Positions 34,428-47,541 of a stretch of DNA of 64,000 bases are shown piece by piece. A program made the position numbers and the translations under genes. Origin of the DNA: Escherichia coli (GTDB taxonomy: Bacteria; Pseudomonadota; Gammaproteobacteria; Enterobacterales; Enterobacteriaceae). The notes beneath the pieces were generated by a model. That model worked only from the letters and a program-made list of their open reading frames with translations. It was not told where the DNA came from and did no database searches. The DNA is taken from assembly GCF_046105845.1 (NCBI RefSeq), contig NZ_CP151004.1, one strand, 5' to 3'. The stretch's first letter is position 1; every line of letters starts with the position of its first letter.

Positions 34428-34819
34428 CGATTTATTCCTGTATGTTTGCTCGTAATTTGAGCCTGGCAACACGAGGTTGCATTGCTGAATAGGGAGAGAC
34501 TTCACCCTCTACAGAAGTCAATGGTCGCCATCACAAAAGCGATGGGTGATGAATAACGACCATTACAGCCTCTGAATCAGTTATTAATATCGGTAGAATG
34601 ACAATCGACGGCTTTAGATACTGATATCTACGCATTGAACGATATTTAACGCCGTCAGAAATGTCATTACTTTGTTAAATATAGATCACAATTTTGAAAC
34701 CGCTCGGGATATCAGCTAAAACATAAGCAAAAGTGAATGTTTTAAGAACATTCCGTAAGCGGCTAATAAGGAAGGGAAATTGACAGGGCGCAGCGGCTAC
34801 CGCGCCCTGGAGGCAAGAA

Positions 34820-36406
34820 TTAATGCTCGCGGGTCTGGTGGAACTGAACGTCCGGATAACGTTCCTGCGCCAGGCGCAGGTTTACCATGCTGGTAGCGAT
34901 GTAAGCGAGGTTATCGCCGCCATCAAGCGCCAGTTGGCTTTCGTTCTTACGCTTGAACTCTTCGAATTTCTTCGCGTCCGCACATTCTACCCAGCGGGCA
35001 GTGGCAACGTTGACTGACTCATACACTGCTTCAACGTTGTATTCGCTCTTCAGGCGCGCTACCACCACATCAAACTGCAGCACACCAACCGCGCCAACGA
35101 TCAGATCGTTGTTGGAGATCGGACGGAACACCTGCACCGCGCCCTCTTCGGAAAGCTGTACCAGCCCTTTAAGCAGCTGTTTTTGCTTCAGCGGATCTTT
35201 CAGGCGGATACGACGGAACAGTTCTGGCGCGAAGTTCGGAATACCGGTGAACTTCATCATCTCACCCTGGGTAAAGGTGTCGCCGATCTGAATGGTGCCG
35301 TGGTTGTGCAGACCAAGGATATCGCCAGGATATGCTTCTTCAACGTGCGAACGGTCACCCGCCATAAAGGTCAGCGCGTCGGAGATCACCACATCTTTCG
35401 CAGTACGCACCTGGCGCAGCTTCATGCCTTTTTCATATTTACCGGACACCACACGCATAAACGCCACGCGGTCGCGGTGTTTCGGGTCCATGTTGGCCTG
35501 AATTTTAAATACGAAGCCGGTAAATTTGTCTTCGCTCGCCTCTACGGTACGGGTATCAGTCTGACGCGGCATCGGCGCAGGGGCCCACTCCACCAGGCCA
35601 TCCAGCATATGATCGACGCCGAAGTTACCCAGCGCAGTACCAAAGAATACCGGGGTGATTTCGCCCGCAAGGAACAATTCTTTGTCGAACTCGTTAGACG
35701 CGCCTTTCACCAGCTCCAGTTCATCACGCAGCTGCTGCGCCAGATCTTCACCAACCGCAGCGTCGAGATCCGGGTTATTCAGCCCTTTAACAATGCGGAC
35801 TTCCTGAATGGTGTGGCCTTTACCACTCTGATAAAGATAGGTTTCATCTTTATAAAGGTGATAAACGCCTTTAAACAGCTTGCCGCAGCCAATCGGCCAG
35901 GTGATCGGTGCACAGCCGATTTTCAGCTCGTTCTCAACTTCATCGAGCAGCTCCATCGGGTCGCGGATATCACGGTCAAGTTTGTTCATAAAGGTGAGGA
36001 TCGGCGTGTCGCGCAGACGGGTAACTTCCATCAGCTTACGGGTACGATCTTCAACACCTTTTGCGGCGTCGATAACCATCAGGCAGCAGTCCACCGCCGT
36101 CAGGGTACGATAGGTATCTTCCGAGAAGTCTTCGTGCCCCGGGGTGTCGAGCAGGTTAACCAGGCAATCGTGATACGGAAACTGCATCACAGACGTGGTA
36201 ATGGAGATCCCACGCTGCTTTTCCATCTCCATCCAGTCCGACTTAGCGTGCTGGTTGGAACCACGGCCTTTTACTGTACCGGCGGTCTGAATGGCCTGTC
36301 CGAACAGCAGCACCTTCTCGGTGATGGTAGTCTTACCGGCGTCCGGGTGAGAAATAATTGCAAAGGTTCTTCTTTTCGCTACCTCTGCGGCCAAAAGGCT
36401 TGTCAT
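34820..36406 (-). CDS. prfC: Peptide chain release factor 3 (RF3); first about 9 codons differ from the K-12 N-terminus I recall
   Basis: ORF track 34820..36433; start at [27 protein letters not shown]; rest of the protein matches E. coli RF3. Confidence 0.9.
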
Positions 36407-36560
36407 AATTGTTGTCTCTTTGATTATGTACAATCATATGTACAAAGAAAAATTCATGCCGCTGATTGTACATTTTGGAGGTATCAGAGCATAGCAGAAC
36501 ATGATCAGTAGGTGTATTTGTAGCCAAAGAACATTTGTACATGCAGCAATCTTTGTTCTA

Positions 36561-36610
36561 TTGACACTGTTTATTCATACAGTTAAAAATAACACTGTAT
36601 ACAAACACAG
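36561..36610 (+). promoter_or_regulatory. Promoter with two LexA (SOS) boxes upstream of the dinI-like gene
   Basis: -35 ttgaca at 36561-36566; CTGT-N8-ACAG boxes ctgtttattcatacag (36567-36582) and ctgtatacaaacacag (36595-36610). Confidence 0.65.
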
Positions 36611-36625
36611 TGTAGAGGGATTTTT

Positions 36626-36874
36626 ATGCGTATTGAGATCTGCATAGCCAAAGAGAAAATGACTAAAATGCCAAACGGTGCTGTGGATGCGTTAAAGGAA
36701 GAATTAACTCGACGCATCAGTAAGCGTTATGACGATGTAGAGGTGATCGTAAAAGCCACCAGCAACGATGGCCTTTCTGTTACGCGCACCGCCGATAAAG
36801 ATTCAGCTAAAACTTTTGTTCAGGAAACTCTGAAAGATACCTGGGAGTCTGCTGACGAGTGGTTTGTTCACTAA
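36626..36874 (+). CDS. DinI-family SOS-response protein (prophage-borne), 82 aa
   Basis: ORF track; [11 protein letters not shown]...[11 protein letters not shown] closely resembles DinI (MRIEVTIAKT...TWESADDWFV). Confidence 0.8.
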   Translation: MRIEICIAKEKMTKMPNGAVDALKEELTRRISKRYDDVEVIVKATSNDGLSVTRTADKDSAKTFVQETLKDTWESADEWFVH

Positions 36875-37300
36875 TTAACACGTAAAATCGGTAACGGCTG
36901 GAAATCATTCAATACTCGCACTATCGGAAGTTCACCAGCCAACCGCAGCACGTTCTTGCATACGACGTGTCTGCGGTTTTTCAACCATTCAGATACAGCA
37001 CTCTCATAACATTCATTCTTCCGCATTAAAGTATATATGACCATATCACCTTAATATTTTTCTTCTTCAGATAAAAATTGTTATCTATGTATACTTTTAA
37101 ACCGAATCCGTGTAGAGTCTCTACCTAAGTTAGTTCGCAGCTCCCCCTTCAGTTTGCGCCATTAACCTCCTGACTTTTGCCGCTATCTGTAAGCATTCCT
37201 GTATACCTGAAACTACAGGGTTCATCTACGAACTTTAAGAACACCCAGGATAAAAATTGTCAACTATATTATATATAACACCATACTAATTCGAGGCTAT

Positions 37301-37414
37301 ATGAACAGCATACTGATAATCACTTCACTACTTATCATATTCAGCATTTTTGGTCATGCTCTAATAAAATTAGGGATTGGCATATCCAATAACCCGGACA
37401 AAACAGATGTATAA
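37301..37414 (+). CDS. Candidate 37-aa hydrophobic peptide ([37 protein letters not shown]) with GAGG ribosome-binding site
   Basis: Manual ORF in AT-rich region; single predicted TM helix; below ORF track cutoff; coding status unproven. Confidence 0.3.
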   Translation: MNSILIITSLLIIFSIFGHALIKLGIGISNNPDKTDV

Positions 37415-37482
37415 GTCAACATATCCTGAATCAGACATACAATATTGCAATGAAAACCAATAATATTTTAAGGAATATCTTC

Positions 37483-37716
37483 ATGAAATCAAAAGACACC
37501 CTAAAGTGGTTCCCTGCGCAGCTTCCTGAAGTCAGAATTATCCTGGGAGATGCTGTCGTGGAAGTAGCAAAACAGGGAAGACCTATCAATACCAGAACAT
37601 TGCTTGATTACATTGAAGGAAACATAAAGAAAAAGTCATGGCTGGATAACAAAGAATTATTACAAACAGCGATATCAGTTCTTAAAGACAACCAAAATTT
37701 AAATGGTAAAGTGTAA
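37483..37716 (+). CDS. YnaE/YdfK-like small prophage protein (about 77 aa)
   Basis: ORF track 37450..37716; start at MKSKDTLKWFPAQLPEV; resembles Rac/Qin ynaE/ydfK as I recall them, located next to the pin-like gene as in those prophages. Confidence 0.5.
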   Translation: MKSKDTLKWFPAQLPEVRIILGDAVVEVAKQGRPINTRTLLDYIEGNIKKKSWLDNKELLQTAISVLKDNQNLNGKV

Positions 37717-38095
37717 TACCCCCCCTGAAAAATAATTTTTCAATGCATTAAAAAAATATCAACAACTACGTTATTCCGCAACAACCTACTTTTTTTACCA
37801 TTTTTCCACTTTAACAACATTTTGCTCCACTTTTCCACGACCAAACAACTTAAAATCTGGTTGAAATAACATACAACACTATTATTCGTCTTCCTCGAGT
37901 CCGCCCGGAGTTCGAAAAACAAACCGAGTTAAAGCCATTTTTCAAAAAATCGATTTTTGGTTACACCAAAATTACGGGACTGCATCCGAATTCGTTTATT
38001 TTCGAACGTATACATACAAATATGTACAATAATAAGCGAAATAATTTTTGGATATGCATTATGATATGTACACCAATTTCGTATAGAGTCTCACT

Positions 38096-38686
38096 ATGTC
38101 TCGAATTTTTGCTTACTGTCGGATATCAACGCTGGATCAGACCACCGAAAATCAACGCCGGGAAATCGAAAGTGCAGGTTTTAAAATCAAACCTCAGCAA
38201 ATAATCGAAGAACACATTAGCGGCTCAGCAGCAACCAGTGAGCGTCCTGGTTTTAACCGGTTGCTTGCTCGCCTGAAATGTGGTGATCAATTGATTGTGA
38301 CAAAACTGGATCGCCTTGGTTGTAATGCAATGGATATCAGGAAAACAGTGGAACAACTGACCGAAACAGGTATCAGAGTGCATTGCTTAGCATTGGGGGG
38401 CATTGACCTGACCAGTCCAACAGGAAAAATGATGATGCAAGTAATTTCAGCAGTCGCTGAATTTGAACGAGACCTTTTACTTGAACGCACTCATTCCGGG
38501 ATAGTAAGAGCCCGGGGCGCAGGGAAACGTTTTGGTCGACCACCTGTGTTAAATGAAGAACAGAAACAGGTGGTATTCGAACGGATTAAGTCAGGTGTAA
38601 GTATAAGTGCCATTGCCCGGGAATTCAAAACCTCGCGGCAAACCATTTTAAGAGCCAAAGCAAAACTTCAGACACCTGACATATAA
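38096..38686 (+). CDS. Serine recombinase / DNA invertase of the PinR/PinQ type (196 aa)
   Basis: ORF track; catalytic-Ser N-terminus [17 protein letters not shown] motif, C-terminal HTH; adjacent to tail-fibre genes. Confidence 0.85.
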
Positions 38687-38783
38687 AAAATAATCTTGGT
38701 GTGAGATGCTTTACGTCTTCCAAGCCCCCTTCCTTGCCGTAAATGGAAAGATACATCTAATTATAGAATTTATATGTTTTACC

Positions 38784-39359
38784 CTACGGCAGTGCTGGCC
38801 ATTCAATATCCTGTGCAGTTGACGTATCAACACGGTTCAGCAATACCCGATACTTTTTCCATGCTTCCAGCAACGAGATTTCTTCCTCCGTTGCAATTTC
38901 CAGATCTGCAGCATCCTGAAGCGGCGCAATATGCTCACTGGCTACCTGCATCAGGCTGTTTTTTGTTTCTTCCGCCTCCCGGATCCGGAACAGTTTTTCT
39001 GCTTCTGCATCTTTCACCCAGGCTGTGCCGTTCCACTTCTGAAACTCCCCTTCCGGCGATAACCAGGTAACATTTTCCGGTAACGGACCGAGTTCAGAAA
39101 TAAATAACGCGTCCCCTGACGCTACGTCATAAACCGTTTTACCCCGATGGTCTTCAACGAGATGCCACGATGCCTCATCACTGTTGAAAACAGCCACGAA
39201 GCCTGCCGGAATATCTGGCGGTGCAATATCGGTACTGTTTGCTGGCAGACCTGTATGAGGCGGAATATATGCGTCACCTTCACCAATAAATTCATTAGTT
39301 CCGGCCAGCAGATTATAAATTTTTATGGTCCGTGGTTGTTCACTCATTCTGAATGCCAT
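38784..39359 (-). CDS. Tail fibre assembly protein (Tfa), 191 aa
   Basis: ORF track; immediately downstream of side tail fibre gene; Tfa-like size. Confidence 0.8.
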   Translation of the reverse strand: MAFRMSEQPRTIKIYNLLAGTNEFIGEGDAYIPPHTGLPANSTDIAPPDIPAGFVAVFNSDEASWHLVEDHRGKTVYDVASGDALFISELGPLPENVTWLSPEGEFQKWNGTAWVKDAEAEKLFRIREAEETKNSLMQVASEHIAPLQDAADLEIATEEEISLLEAWKKYRVLLNRVDTSTAQDIEWPALP

Positions 39360-42300
39360 TATGCAAGCCTCACAATGTAGTTAAATGCGATGTTTTTGAC
39401 GGTGTTTTCCGCGTTACCAGCAGCGTTAACGGTGATAGTGTGTCCATGTGAGCCAATCGCAACAGAGTGCGTATGAGCACCAATACCGACAGTATGTGCG
39501 TGAGCACCTGCAGATGCGGCTGTGCCGCTAACACTATGAGTGTGCGCTCCTGCAGCACTTGTATTCACACTGGCCGCAGACACTACCTTATGTACTGACC
39601 CATTTTGTGACCACTGGCTGACTGCTGATGCGCCTGTGACACTATGAGTATGGTTTCCGGCACTTGCGGCTGTACCGCTCACACTGTGCGTATGCGCCCC
39701 GGTGTTATTCGTGGATTTAGTGCCGTAATCAAACGACGATGTGGTTTTCGTCCCCAAATCCGTACTGGATGCGCTGGCGCTGTGGGTGTGCGATTTAATG
39801 CCGTCCTGTTCCTGAGACAATACGGCCCGACCACTGGCAGGTTTGCCCTTAATCGTCCAGCTACGCATATCAGGGATCACGCCTGACGGATAAGCGGCTG
39901 CAAGTTTCGGGTATGCAGATTTGTCAAAAGTCTGCCCCTGCATCAGGGCATAACCAGACGGAACGGTATCTGATGGCCACGGGATTGGTGCGCCGACTGG
40001 GTAGCTTTCTGGTGGAAGATTTTTCGAGGTATAAACTTCTGCCCAGTCTTCCTCAAAACCATAGCCATCTCTTGAGGAACGGTAGAACAGACCTCCATTT
40101 CTGTAATGCGCCTTCATCTGCAGGGTCCGGCAACTTCCGACTCCGGTATAGAAGTTAACCAGAATATAGCTGTCGCCAGAGCGGGTGACATTGTAAGCGC
40201 CTGATTCGGCATTCCATGGAACGCCCCCATCCGCATCGGCATACGTATCCGTTGCTCTTCTGGCAAAAGCAGCCACATGCGCGGCGGTTAAAGTAATATC
40301 TTTGGAACCATCAAACTCAACACCAGAAACCCGTCTTGGCGTTTGCAGCTTTGTTGCTGTTAATGCATTACCGTTCAGACTTGCGGACAGTTTGGTTCCA
40401 ATAACCAGCTCGCCGGTTGCGTTATCAATAGCAAACGGTCTTAATGTATTCCAGCCACCATAAACATCACCTTGATTGGTAAGCAGCAGGTAAGTTTTAG
40501 CGCCATCATTACGCCATAATGCACCATACTCCCCACCTATCATTCGAATCTGATTACCACCACGCGCTACAATTTCGTCTGTGGCAAAAAGTTTTTTGCA
40601 CGACAAGTTATCGTTAACGATTAACGAATGAGACTCATAAAAACCACGCCCACTCTTAAAATCAAGGATAACGTCCGCCGCGATACATTCAGTCGCTGGA
40701 TTTGTTGCCCCAAACTTATAGGTCGTATCATTAACAACGAGATCAGCACCAGGTGCGGATATTGACAGGCCATCTTCGATAAACGCAAAAACAGGGAAAG
40801 CAGCGCCATCAACATAGAACACAGAGCGCAAATCATCGCCCTTATTACTCATCATTATTGAGTGGATGGCTCGTTCATTGTTTTGATATTGCCAGAACAT
40901 TCCATAAGCATAACGCCCCCTGTCAGTCCAGCCACCAGGCATAACAAATCCGTTAAACTCGCAGTTATTCATCGGATCGCCTGCGGTTCGCGTTGCCGTG
41001 GTGATAATGACCCTTGATGCCAGTTCGCTTACTGAGCCAGCAGAACGCATAACAACAACAGGGTAATATTTTCCAGATGTTGCACCTGCAGGAGCGTTAA
41101 CCCGCACATAACGCATACCACGCTTATCAGCAAAGTCTGTTTTACTGACCGCGTTAATGTTGTTCAGGAAGCGTCCCTTATCGGGTATATCAGCGCCGTT
41201 CTGGTCTTTCTGCAGACGTTTCTCTGCATTGTCATAGGCTGATTTTACTGCCTTTGGCGTTGCCGCCAGCGTTTCAGACGTACTGTTGGTCGCACTGCTG
41301 AGCTGTACTATCCCCTTTTTCGTCGTGCTCGCATCCTCAAGCGCCACGGCGGATGCAATATCCTCTGCCCGTTTTGCCGCTGTCTCAGCGCGCGTTGCTG
41401 CAGATTCCGCCGTACTTTTGCTCTGAGCTGCTGCCGTCGCACTACCAGCAGCCTCTGTCGCCTTCGTGGATGCCGTCGTGGCGCTGCCCTTCGCTGCTGA
41501 CGCCTGTCTGGTCGCCTCATCTTTTGAAGCAGACGCCGATGAGGCCGATGACGCCGCCGAACTGGCGGACGATGCCGCTGCCGTTTTTGAGGATTCTGCA
41601 CGGGTTTCCGACGCTTTCGCGTTCGTTTCGGATGTCTTCGCTGCGGAAGCTGACCTCGCTGCTGCCGTGGCCTGCTCAGTGGCTTCGCCAGCCTTCGTTG
41701 TGGCTGTTGAAGCGGATGATGCGGCGCTTTCTGCCGATTTTCCGGCGGCGGTGGCACTGACTGAGGCCTGCCCGGCACTTGTTGACGCGGCACTGGCAGA
41801 CGACGCAGCCGCTGTTTTTGAGCCTGCCGCAGCTGAGGCGCTCTGTCCCGCTGCCGTCTCAGAAGACCTGGCGTTCGTCTCGGACGTTTTTGCCGCCTTC
41901 GCGGAATTTCCTGCCGCCGTTGCCGAGGAAGCTGCGCTGCTGGCGCTCGAGGCTGCGTTCGTTTCTGATGATTTTGCCGCCTCTTTTGAAGCCGACGCAT
42001 CCCGTGCTGAAGTGGCTGCTTCTGACGCTTTCGTGGTCGCGGTGGATGCAGAAGTGGCTGCTGATTGTTGTGACGCTGCCGCATTCGTTTCTGACGTTTT
42101 CGCCGCACCGGCACTGGTAGCCGCCGCGCTTTTTGAGGACTCTGCAGCGGCAGCACTTTTTGATGCTTCAGTGGCCTTTGCTGATGCCGTTCCTGCGCTG
42201 GAAGACGCTGACTGAGCCGACGACGCGGCCTGTCCGGCTGACGTGCTGGCTGCGCGTGCTGAGCCTGCAGCATCAGTCGCATGGGTTGCCGCCTCACGGG

Positions 42301-42718
42301 CTGATGTGCTGGCATTGCTGGCTGACTTCTTCGCGGCTGCTGTGTTCTGTGCCACCGCGGACGCGTTACGCGCCACCTCTTCCACCATCAGTTCAAAACG
42401 TCGCAGTGCCTCCGGACGGGTATCATCCTCCGTCATGGCACCGAGAAAATCATTCAGCGTACCGGGTTGAGAATCTTCATACACGGTGATGGTCCCGGCA
42501 TGTGACGGCGGGAATCCCTCCACCAACAGAATAACGCTGTACTGACCGTACTCAACGTCCATACTGTAACGCCCGGCTTCATCCGGATTTTCTGAGGCCA
42601 GCGTGTTCACCACCACAGTGGTACTGTTACGTTTTGCTTTCAGCTGGATTGTGCAGTTCTGTACCGGTTTTCCTGTGCCGTCTTTCAGTACACCTGAAAT
42701 CTTTACTGCCATATTCAC
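39359..42718 (-). CDS. Lambdoid side tail fibre protein (Stf-like), 1119 aa with long Ala/Ser/Thr-rich low-complexity region
   Basis: ORF track; N-terminus [17 protein letters not shown] typical of Stf; StfR-like length. Confidence 0.8.
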   Translation of the reverse strand: MNMAVKISGVLKDGTGKPVQNCTIQLKAKRNSTTVVVNTLASENPDEAGRYSMDVEYGQYSVILLVEGFPPSHAGTITVYEDSQPGTLNDFLGAMTEDDTRPEALRRFELMVEEVARNASAVAQNTAAAKKSASNASTSAREAATHATDAAGSARAASTSAGQAASSAQSASSSAGTASAKATEASKSAAAAESSKSAAATSAGAAKTSETNAAASQQSAATSASTATTKASEAATSARDASASKEAAKSSETNAASSASSAASSATAAGNSAKAAKTSETNARSSETAAGQSASAAAGSKTAAASSASAASTSAGQASVSATAAGKSAESAASSASTATTKAGEATEQATAAARSASAAKTSETNAKASETRAESSKTAAASSASSAASSASSASASKDEATRQASAAKGSATTASTKATEAAGSATAAAQSKSTAESAATRAETAAKRAEDIASAVALEDASTTKKGIVQLSSATNSTSETLAATPKAVKSAYDNAEKRLQKDQNGADIPDKGRFLNNINAVSKTDFADKRGMRYVRVNAPAGATSGKYYPVVVMRSAGSVSELASRVIITTATRTAGDPMNNCEFNGFVMPGGWTDRGRYAYGMFWQYQNNERAIHSIMMSNKGDDLRSVFYVDGAAFPVFAFIEDGLSISAPGADLVVNDTTYKFGATNPATECIAADVILDFKSGRGFYESHSLIVNDNLSCKKLFATDEIVARGGNQIRMIGGEYGALWRNDGAKTYLLLTNQGDVYGGWNTLRPFAIDNATGELVIGTKLSASLNGNALTATKLQTPRRVSGVEFDGSKDITLTAAHVAAFARRATDTYADADGGVPWNAESGAYNVTRSGDSYILVNFYTGVGSCRTLQMKAHYRNGGLFYRSSRDGYGFEEDWAEVYTSKNLPPESYPVGAPIPWPSDTVPSGYALMQGQTFDKSAYPKLAAAYPSGVIPDMRSWTIKGKPASGRAVLSQEQDGIKSHTHSASASSTDLGTKTTSSFDYGTKSTNNTGAHTHSVSGTAASAGNHTHSVTGASAVSQWSQNGSVHKVVSAASVNTSAAGAHTHSVSGTAASAGAHAHTVGIGAHTHSVAIGSHGHTITVNAAGNAENTVKNIAFNYIVRLA

Positions 42719-42728
42719 CCCACAAAAA

Positions 42729-42750
42729 AGCCCGCCTGAACCGGCGGGCT
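42729..42750 (-). terminator. Rho-independent terminator downstream of lom
   Basis: aagcccgcctgaaccggcgggct hairpin. Confidence 0.5.
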
Positions 42751-42776
42751 GTCATAACACTGTGTTACCTGGCTAA

Positions 42777-43376
42777 TCAGAATTTATAACCGACACCCAC
42801 GATGAAACCGTCAGTGCGCCAGTCACCACTGCCGGAGCCTTCATAAGCAATATCAATGGCCACGGATTCGGTCGGGTTAAACTGCACGCCAGCCCCCCAC
42901 GCCAGAGACGTGTTGCTGTGGCGACCGTCATCACTTCCGGTCAGCACATCGTGCGTTTTCCCCTTGTTGTCAGTTACGCGGAGATAATCCCCGGAGAAAG
43001 TCGACACACGGCTGTAAGCCACACCCGCCATCGCATACGCGCTGAACCATTCATTCACGCGTACAGACGGCCCCGCCATCACGCTGAACCAGCGGTTACG
43101 CACTGAATCTTCATGCCAGCGGGTATCGCTGTAACGGGTAAGCTGGCGATTCTTGTCTCCTGCATAGCTGAATGACGTCACCAGCCCCAGTGTGTCCGTA
43201 AACTCATAACGGTATTTCACGTTAATCCCGTTCAGATCATCGCTGCCGGAAACGTTCGTCGAGGCATGAAGATAGCCCGCGCTCAGCGTGGACTGATGTT
43301 CAGACGCCCATGCAGGCGCACCGGATACGGCCAGACAGATGGCTGCGGACAAAATGGTGGCATAAAGTTTACGCAT
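42777..43376 (-). CDS. Lom/Ail-family outer membrane beta-barrel protein (199 aa)
   Basis: ORF track; signal peptide, C-terminal ...VGVGYKF beta-barrel terminus; lambda lom position between J and stf. Confidence 0.8.
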   Translation of the reverse strand: MRKLYATILSAAICLAVSGAPAWASEHQSTLSAGYLHASTNVSGSDDLNGINVKYRYEFTDTLGLVTSFSYAGDKNRQLTRYSDTRWHEDSVRNRWFSVMAGPSVRVNEWFSAYAMAGVAYSRVSTFSGDYLRVTDNKGKTHDVLTGSDDGRHSNTSLAWGAGVQFNPTESVAIDIAYEGSGSGDWRTDGFIVGVGYKF

Positions 43377-43442
43377 AATTACCTCTCGCTTTTCTGCAAT
43401 AAAAAAGGCGTCATTTCTGACGCCCGTTATGGGTTATAAAAT

Positions 43443-44948
<1,506 letters not shown>

Positions 44949-47232
44949 GTTGCTGGTTTTTCTGGCGAAGACTCAGTTGTACCTGATATCGCTGCCGCTG
45001 CTGATCACCCATACCCACCGTGGCGATATCCAGGTCATGTTGCTGACGCTGAGCGCGCTCTTCTTCAGCCAGTTGACTGGTCAGCTGAATTGTTTTTTTC
45101 TTCAGATCGTTGAGTGCCGTCTGTTTCTGAAGCTCCTGCTGTTTTACATCCAGCAGCATCAGTGCCTGAATCAGTTCATCTTTACGGGCCAGCACACTCT
45201 TTTCATCTGTCGTCAGTTTTTTCCCGTCCAGATCGCTGATGCGCTGCTGCAGAGCCAGAAGCTGTTTATGCGCTTCTGTCATCTTTTCAGTGGCAATGCC
45301 TGCTGACTGTCTTGCAGCAGCAATCTGTCCTTCCACCTGTGCCTGTTGCTGACTGTACTGCAGCAATAACCGGGTGGCCTCATCATTACGGGTTTCGCGT
45401 GTTTTTTTCTTACCGGATGCCAGGGCTTTCTCGTAACGTTCATTTTCACGTTGTATCGCTGCATCCCTGACAGCCTGATCGGCGTACTGCATGGAATTAA
45501 TACGCGCAATTTCACGCTGATGTCGTGCTGCTTCCGATTCATTCATCCGGTTCAGTGCAGCATTTTCAGCATTACGTCGTTTCTGTTGCTCCTGATAATT
45601 CCGCTCTGCCTGCTCTTTTGCATCCTGCAAATCCTTCTGGCGTTTTTTCTCCTGAAGATCGTTAAGACGCTGCTGATCGTATTCAACCTGAGAAGATGAT
45701 GCCGTCCAGGGGAGTCTTTTCGCCCGCGACACTTTCTCCTGTAAAGCGGCAATCTGTTCATCCAGCGAGTCTTCACGACCAATATTCATGGCCGCATCCC
45801 AGAAACGACTCCACAAATCAGACAGATACTTCAGCGTACTGCCAAGCGCATTGAGGTTATTATCAATATCCGCAGTACGCCGACCGGTTTCCTCTGCCAG
45901 TGCAGACATGGCTATCCGTGCAGCATCACTGGACCGTCCCTGATCCCCAAGGACACGTATCTGCTCAAGCTGAGTGGCAGTAAGAAAATGCAGCTCATTG
46001 TCCAGAGCCTTCGCGGCATTTACAGGATCATCCTTCAGCCGCTTAAACTGACTTATGGTATCGCTGACCGACTGGCCAACCGATCGCTCCATCTGTGCGG
46101 CAGCTCTCGCCACCATACCGATATCGTTTCCACGAAATGCGCCACTCCCCACCACCTGAGCCAGCGCACCGGCTGCAGCATGTTGCGTGATACCATTCCC
46201 GGAAATAGCACGACTGAGCGTCCACAGCTGCCCGGCAGTGACTCCGGCATAATGCCCCGTCAGCGACAACTGGCGGTTAAATTCTTCCCCCTCCTTCTGA
46301 CCATCATACCAGGCTTTACCCAGACCATAGACGGCCGCGGCAATACCGCCAATAACCCCGCCCAGCATCATGCCTTTCGGTGACATCAGTGTGTCTATCC
46401 ATCCGGCACGGTTAGCCAGCGTTATCCCGGATCCCCTCAGCGCACCTAAATTGCCGCGAACCAGTTCACCTATCAGAACGCCTATCTCCTGGCGGGCCGC
46501 TGCACTTTTCAGCCCCAGCGAATGCGTGGCTTTTCCTGCCTGCTCCATTTTGCGGATATACACTTCTGCAGCACTGCTTACCCCCAGCTGGGCAGCCTTA
46601 GCACGAAGCAACTCAGAAGAAGAAAGATTCTGGCGGGTTGCCTGCTCTTTAAGCTGACGGATAAACGCCACTTTCTGTCGGGTAGCCTCTGCCTCAGCCT
46701 GCGTAAGAACACGGGTTTTCGCCGTAACCTCAGAAATCAGCGCCAGATAATCCTGCTGACCAATCCCGCCACTGTTTCTGGCCTGTCGGATCTGCTGCTG
46801 AATACGCTGTAATTCCTGCAGCCCCGCACTGGCCTGTTTCACACTGTCAATCTGACGATAAAACGCGGCAGCCGCTTTATCCTGAGCCTCCGCCAGAGCC
46901 ATGGCCTGCGCCTGTTCCTCACGCATTTTCTGGCTCAGTGCCTCCATACGCTGGCGGGTTTGCTCCACCTCGCGGGCCATGCGTTCATGAGCCTGTGCGC
47001 TCTTCTCCACCGTCTGCGCATGGACGGATGCGGCTGTTGCAGCCGAAGAAGCCGCCTGCATTGTCTGCCGGGCGGCCTGAGTCTGACGCTCCATAAAACG
47101 CTGCATACGGGCAGAAGACCGTTCTGCATCGCTGGCTGCACCATTCAGAAGGTTTTTGATACGGGGAATTTCATTTTTAAACTCTGCCGCATCAATCCCC
47201 AAATCAATGACCAGGTTGGCTATCTGGTCCAT
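44949..47232 (-). pseudogene. Lambda H-like tail tape-measure gene, 3' end truncated by the IS insertion
   Basis: ORF track 44944..47262; reading frame continues to the IS boundary and stops 1-2 codons inside the IS; coiled-coil rich, overlaps gpT end. Confidence 0.7.
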
Positions 47233-47533
47233 AACGCACACCTCCGGAAATACCTTCCCCAAGATGCATCAGTTCTTCGTCCGTTCGCTCCGGTATCCCG
47301 TTCTCTTCCGGTAAAAGGCTGAAATCAGCCACCGCAGCATCACTGCTACCGGACACCATTCTCACGATCAATGCCTTCAGCGAGGCAAACTGCGCATCCA
47401 TCCACACATCACTGAAGCTCTGCATCCGGAAATAATCGCCCCACTCACCAAGCTCAGTGGCCGACATTTCCGACAGCATCCGCCGCCAGTCTGCCCGTCG
47501 GAACTCCCGGGCAAGCCGCATGACAAACTGCAT
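47204..47533 (-). CDS. Tail assembly chaperone T portion (expressed as G-T fusion by -1 frameshift)
   Basis: ORF track; -1 frame relative to G, open from within the last codons of G; candidate slippery GGAAAAG (plus-strand 47548-47554). Confidence 0.6.
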   Translation of the reverse strand: MQFVMRLAREFRRADWRRMLSEMSATELGEWGDYFRMQSFSDVWMDAQFASLKALIVRMVSGSSDAAVADFSLLPEENGIPERTDEELMHLGEGISGGVRYGPDSQPGH

Positions 47534-47541
47534 TTCCCGCG

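Noticed and set aside
35183-36511. 442-aa plus-strand ORF antisense to prfC
   Set aside because: Lies within prfC on the opposite strand; prfC is clearly the real gene.
38687-38783. Invertase crossover (gix/cix-like) site between pin-like gene and tfa
   Set aside because: No sequence resembling the Gin/Cin crossover sites as I recall them and no convincing paired inverted repeat found by eye; cannot support a recombination-site call without computation.
41308-42315. 335-aa minus-strand ORF (Arg/Pro/Gln-rich) and 249-aa plus-strand ORF (41466..42215, Ala/Asp-rich)
   Set aside because: Both lie entirely within the repetitive GC-rich part of the stf gene in other frames or on the other strand; the extreme low-complexity composition marks them as shadow ORFs.
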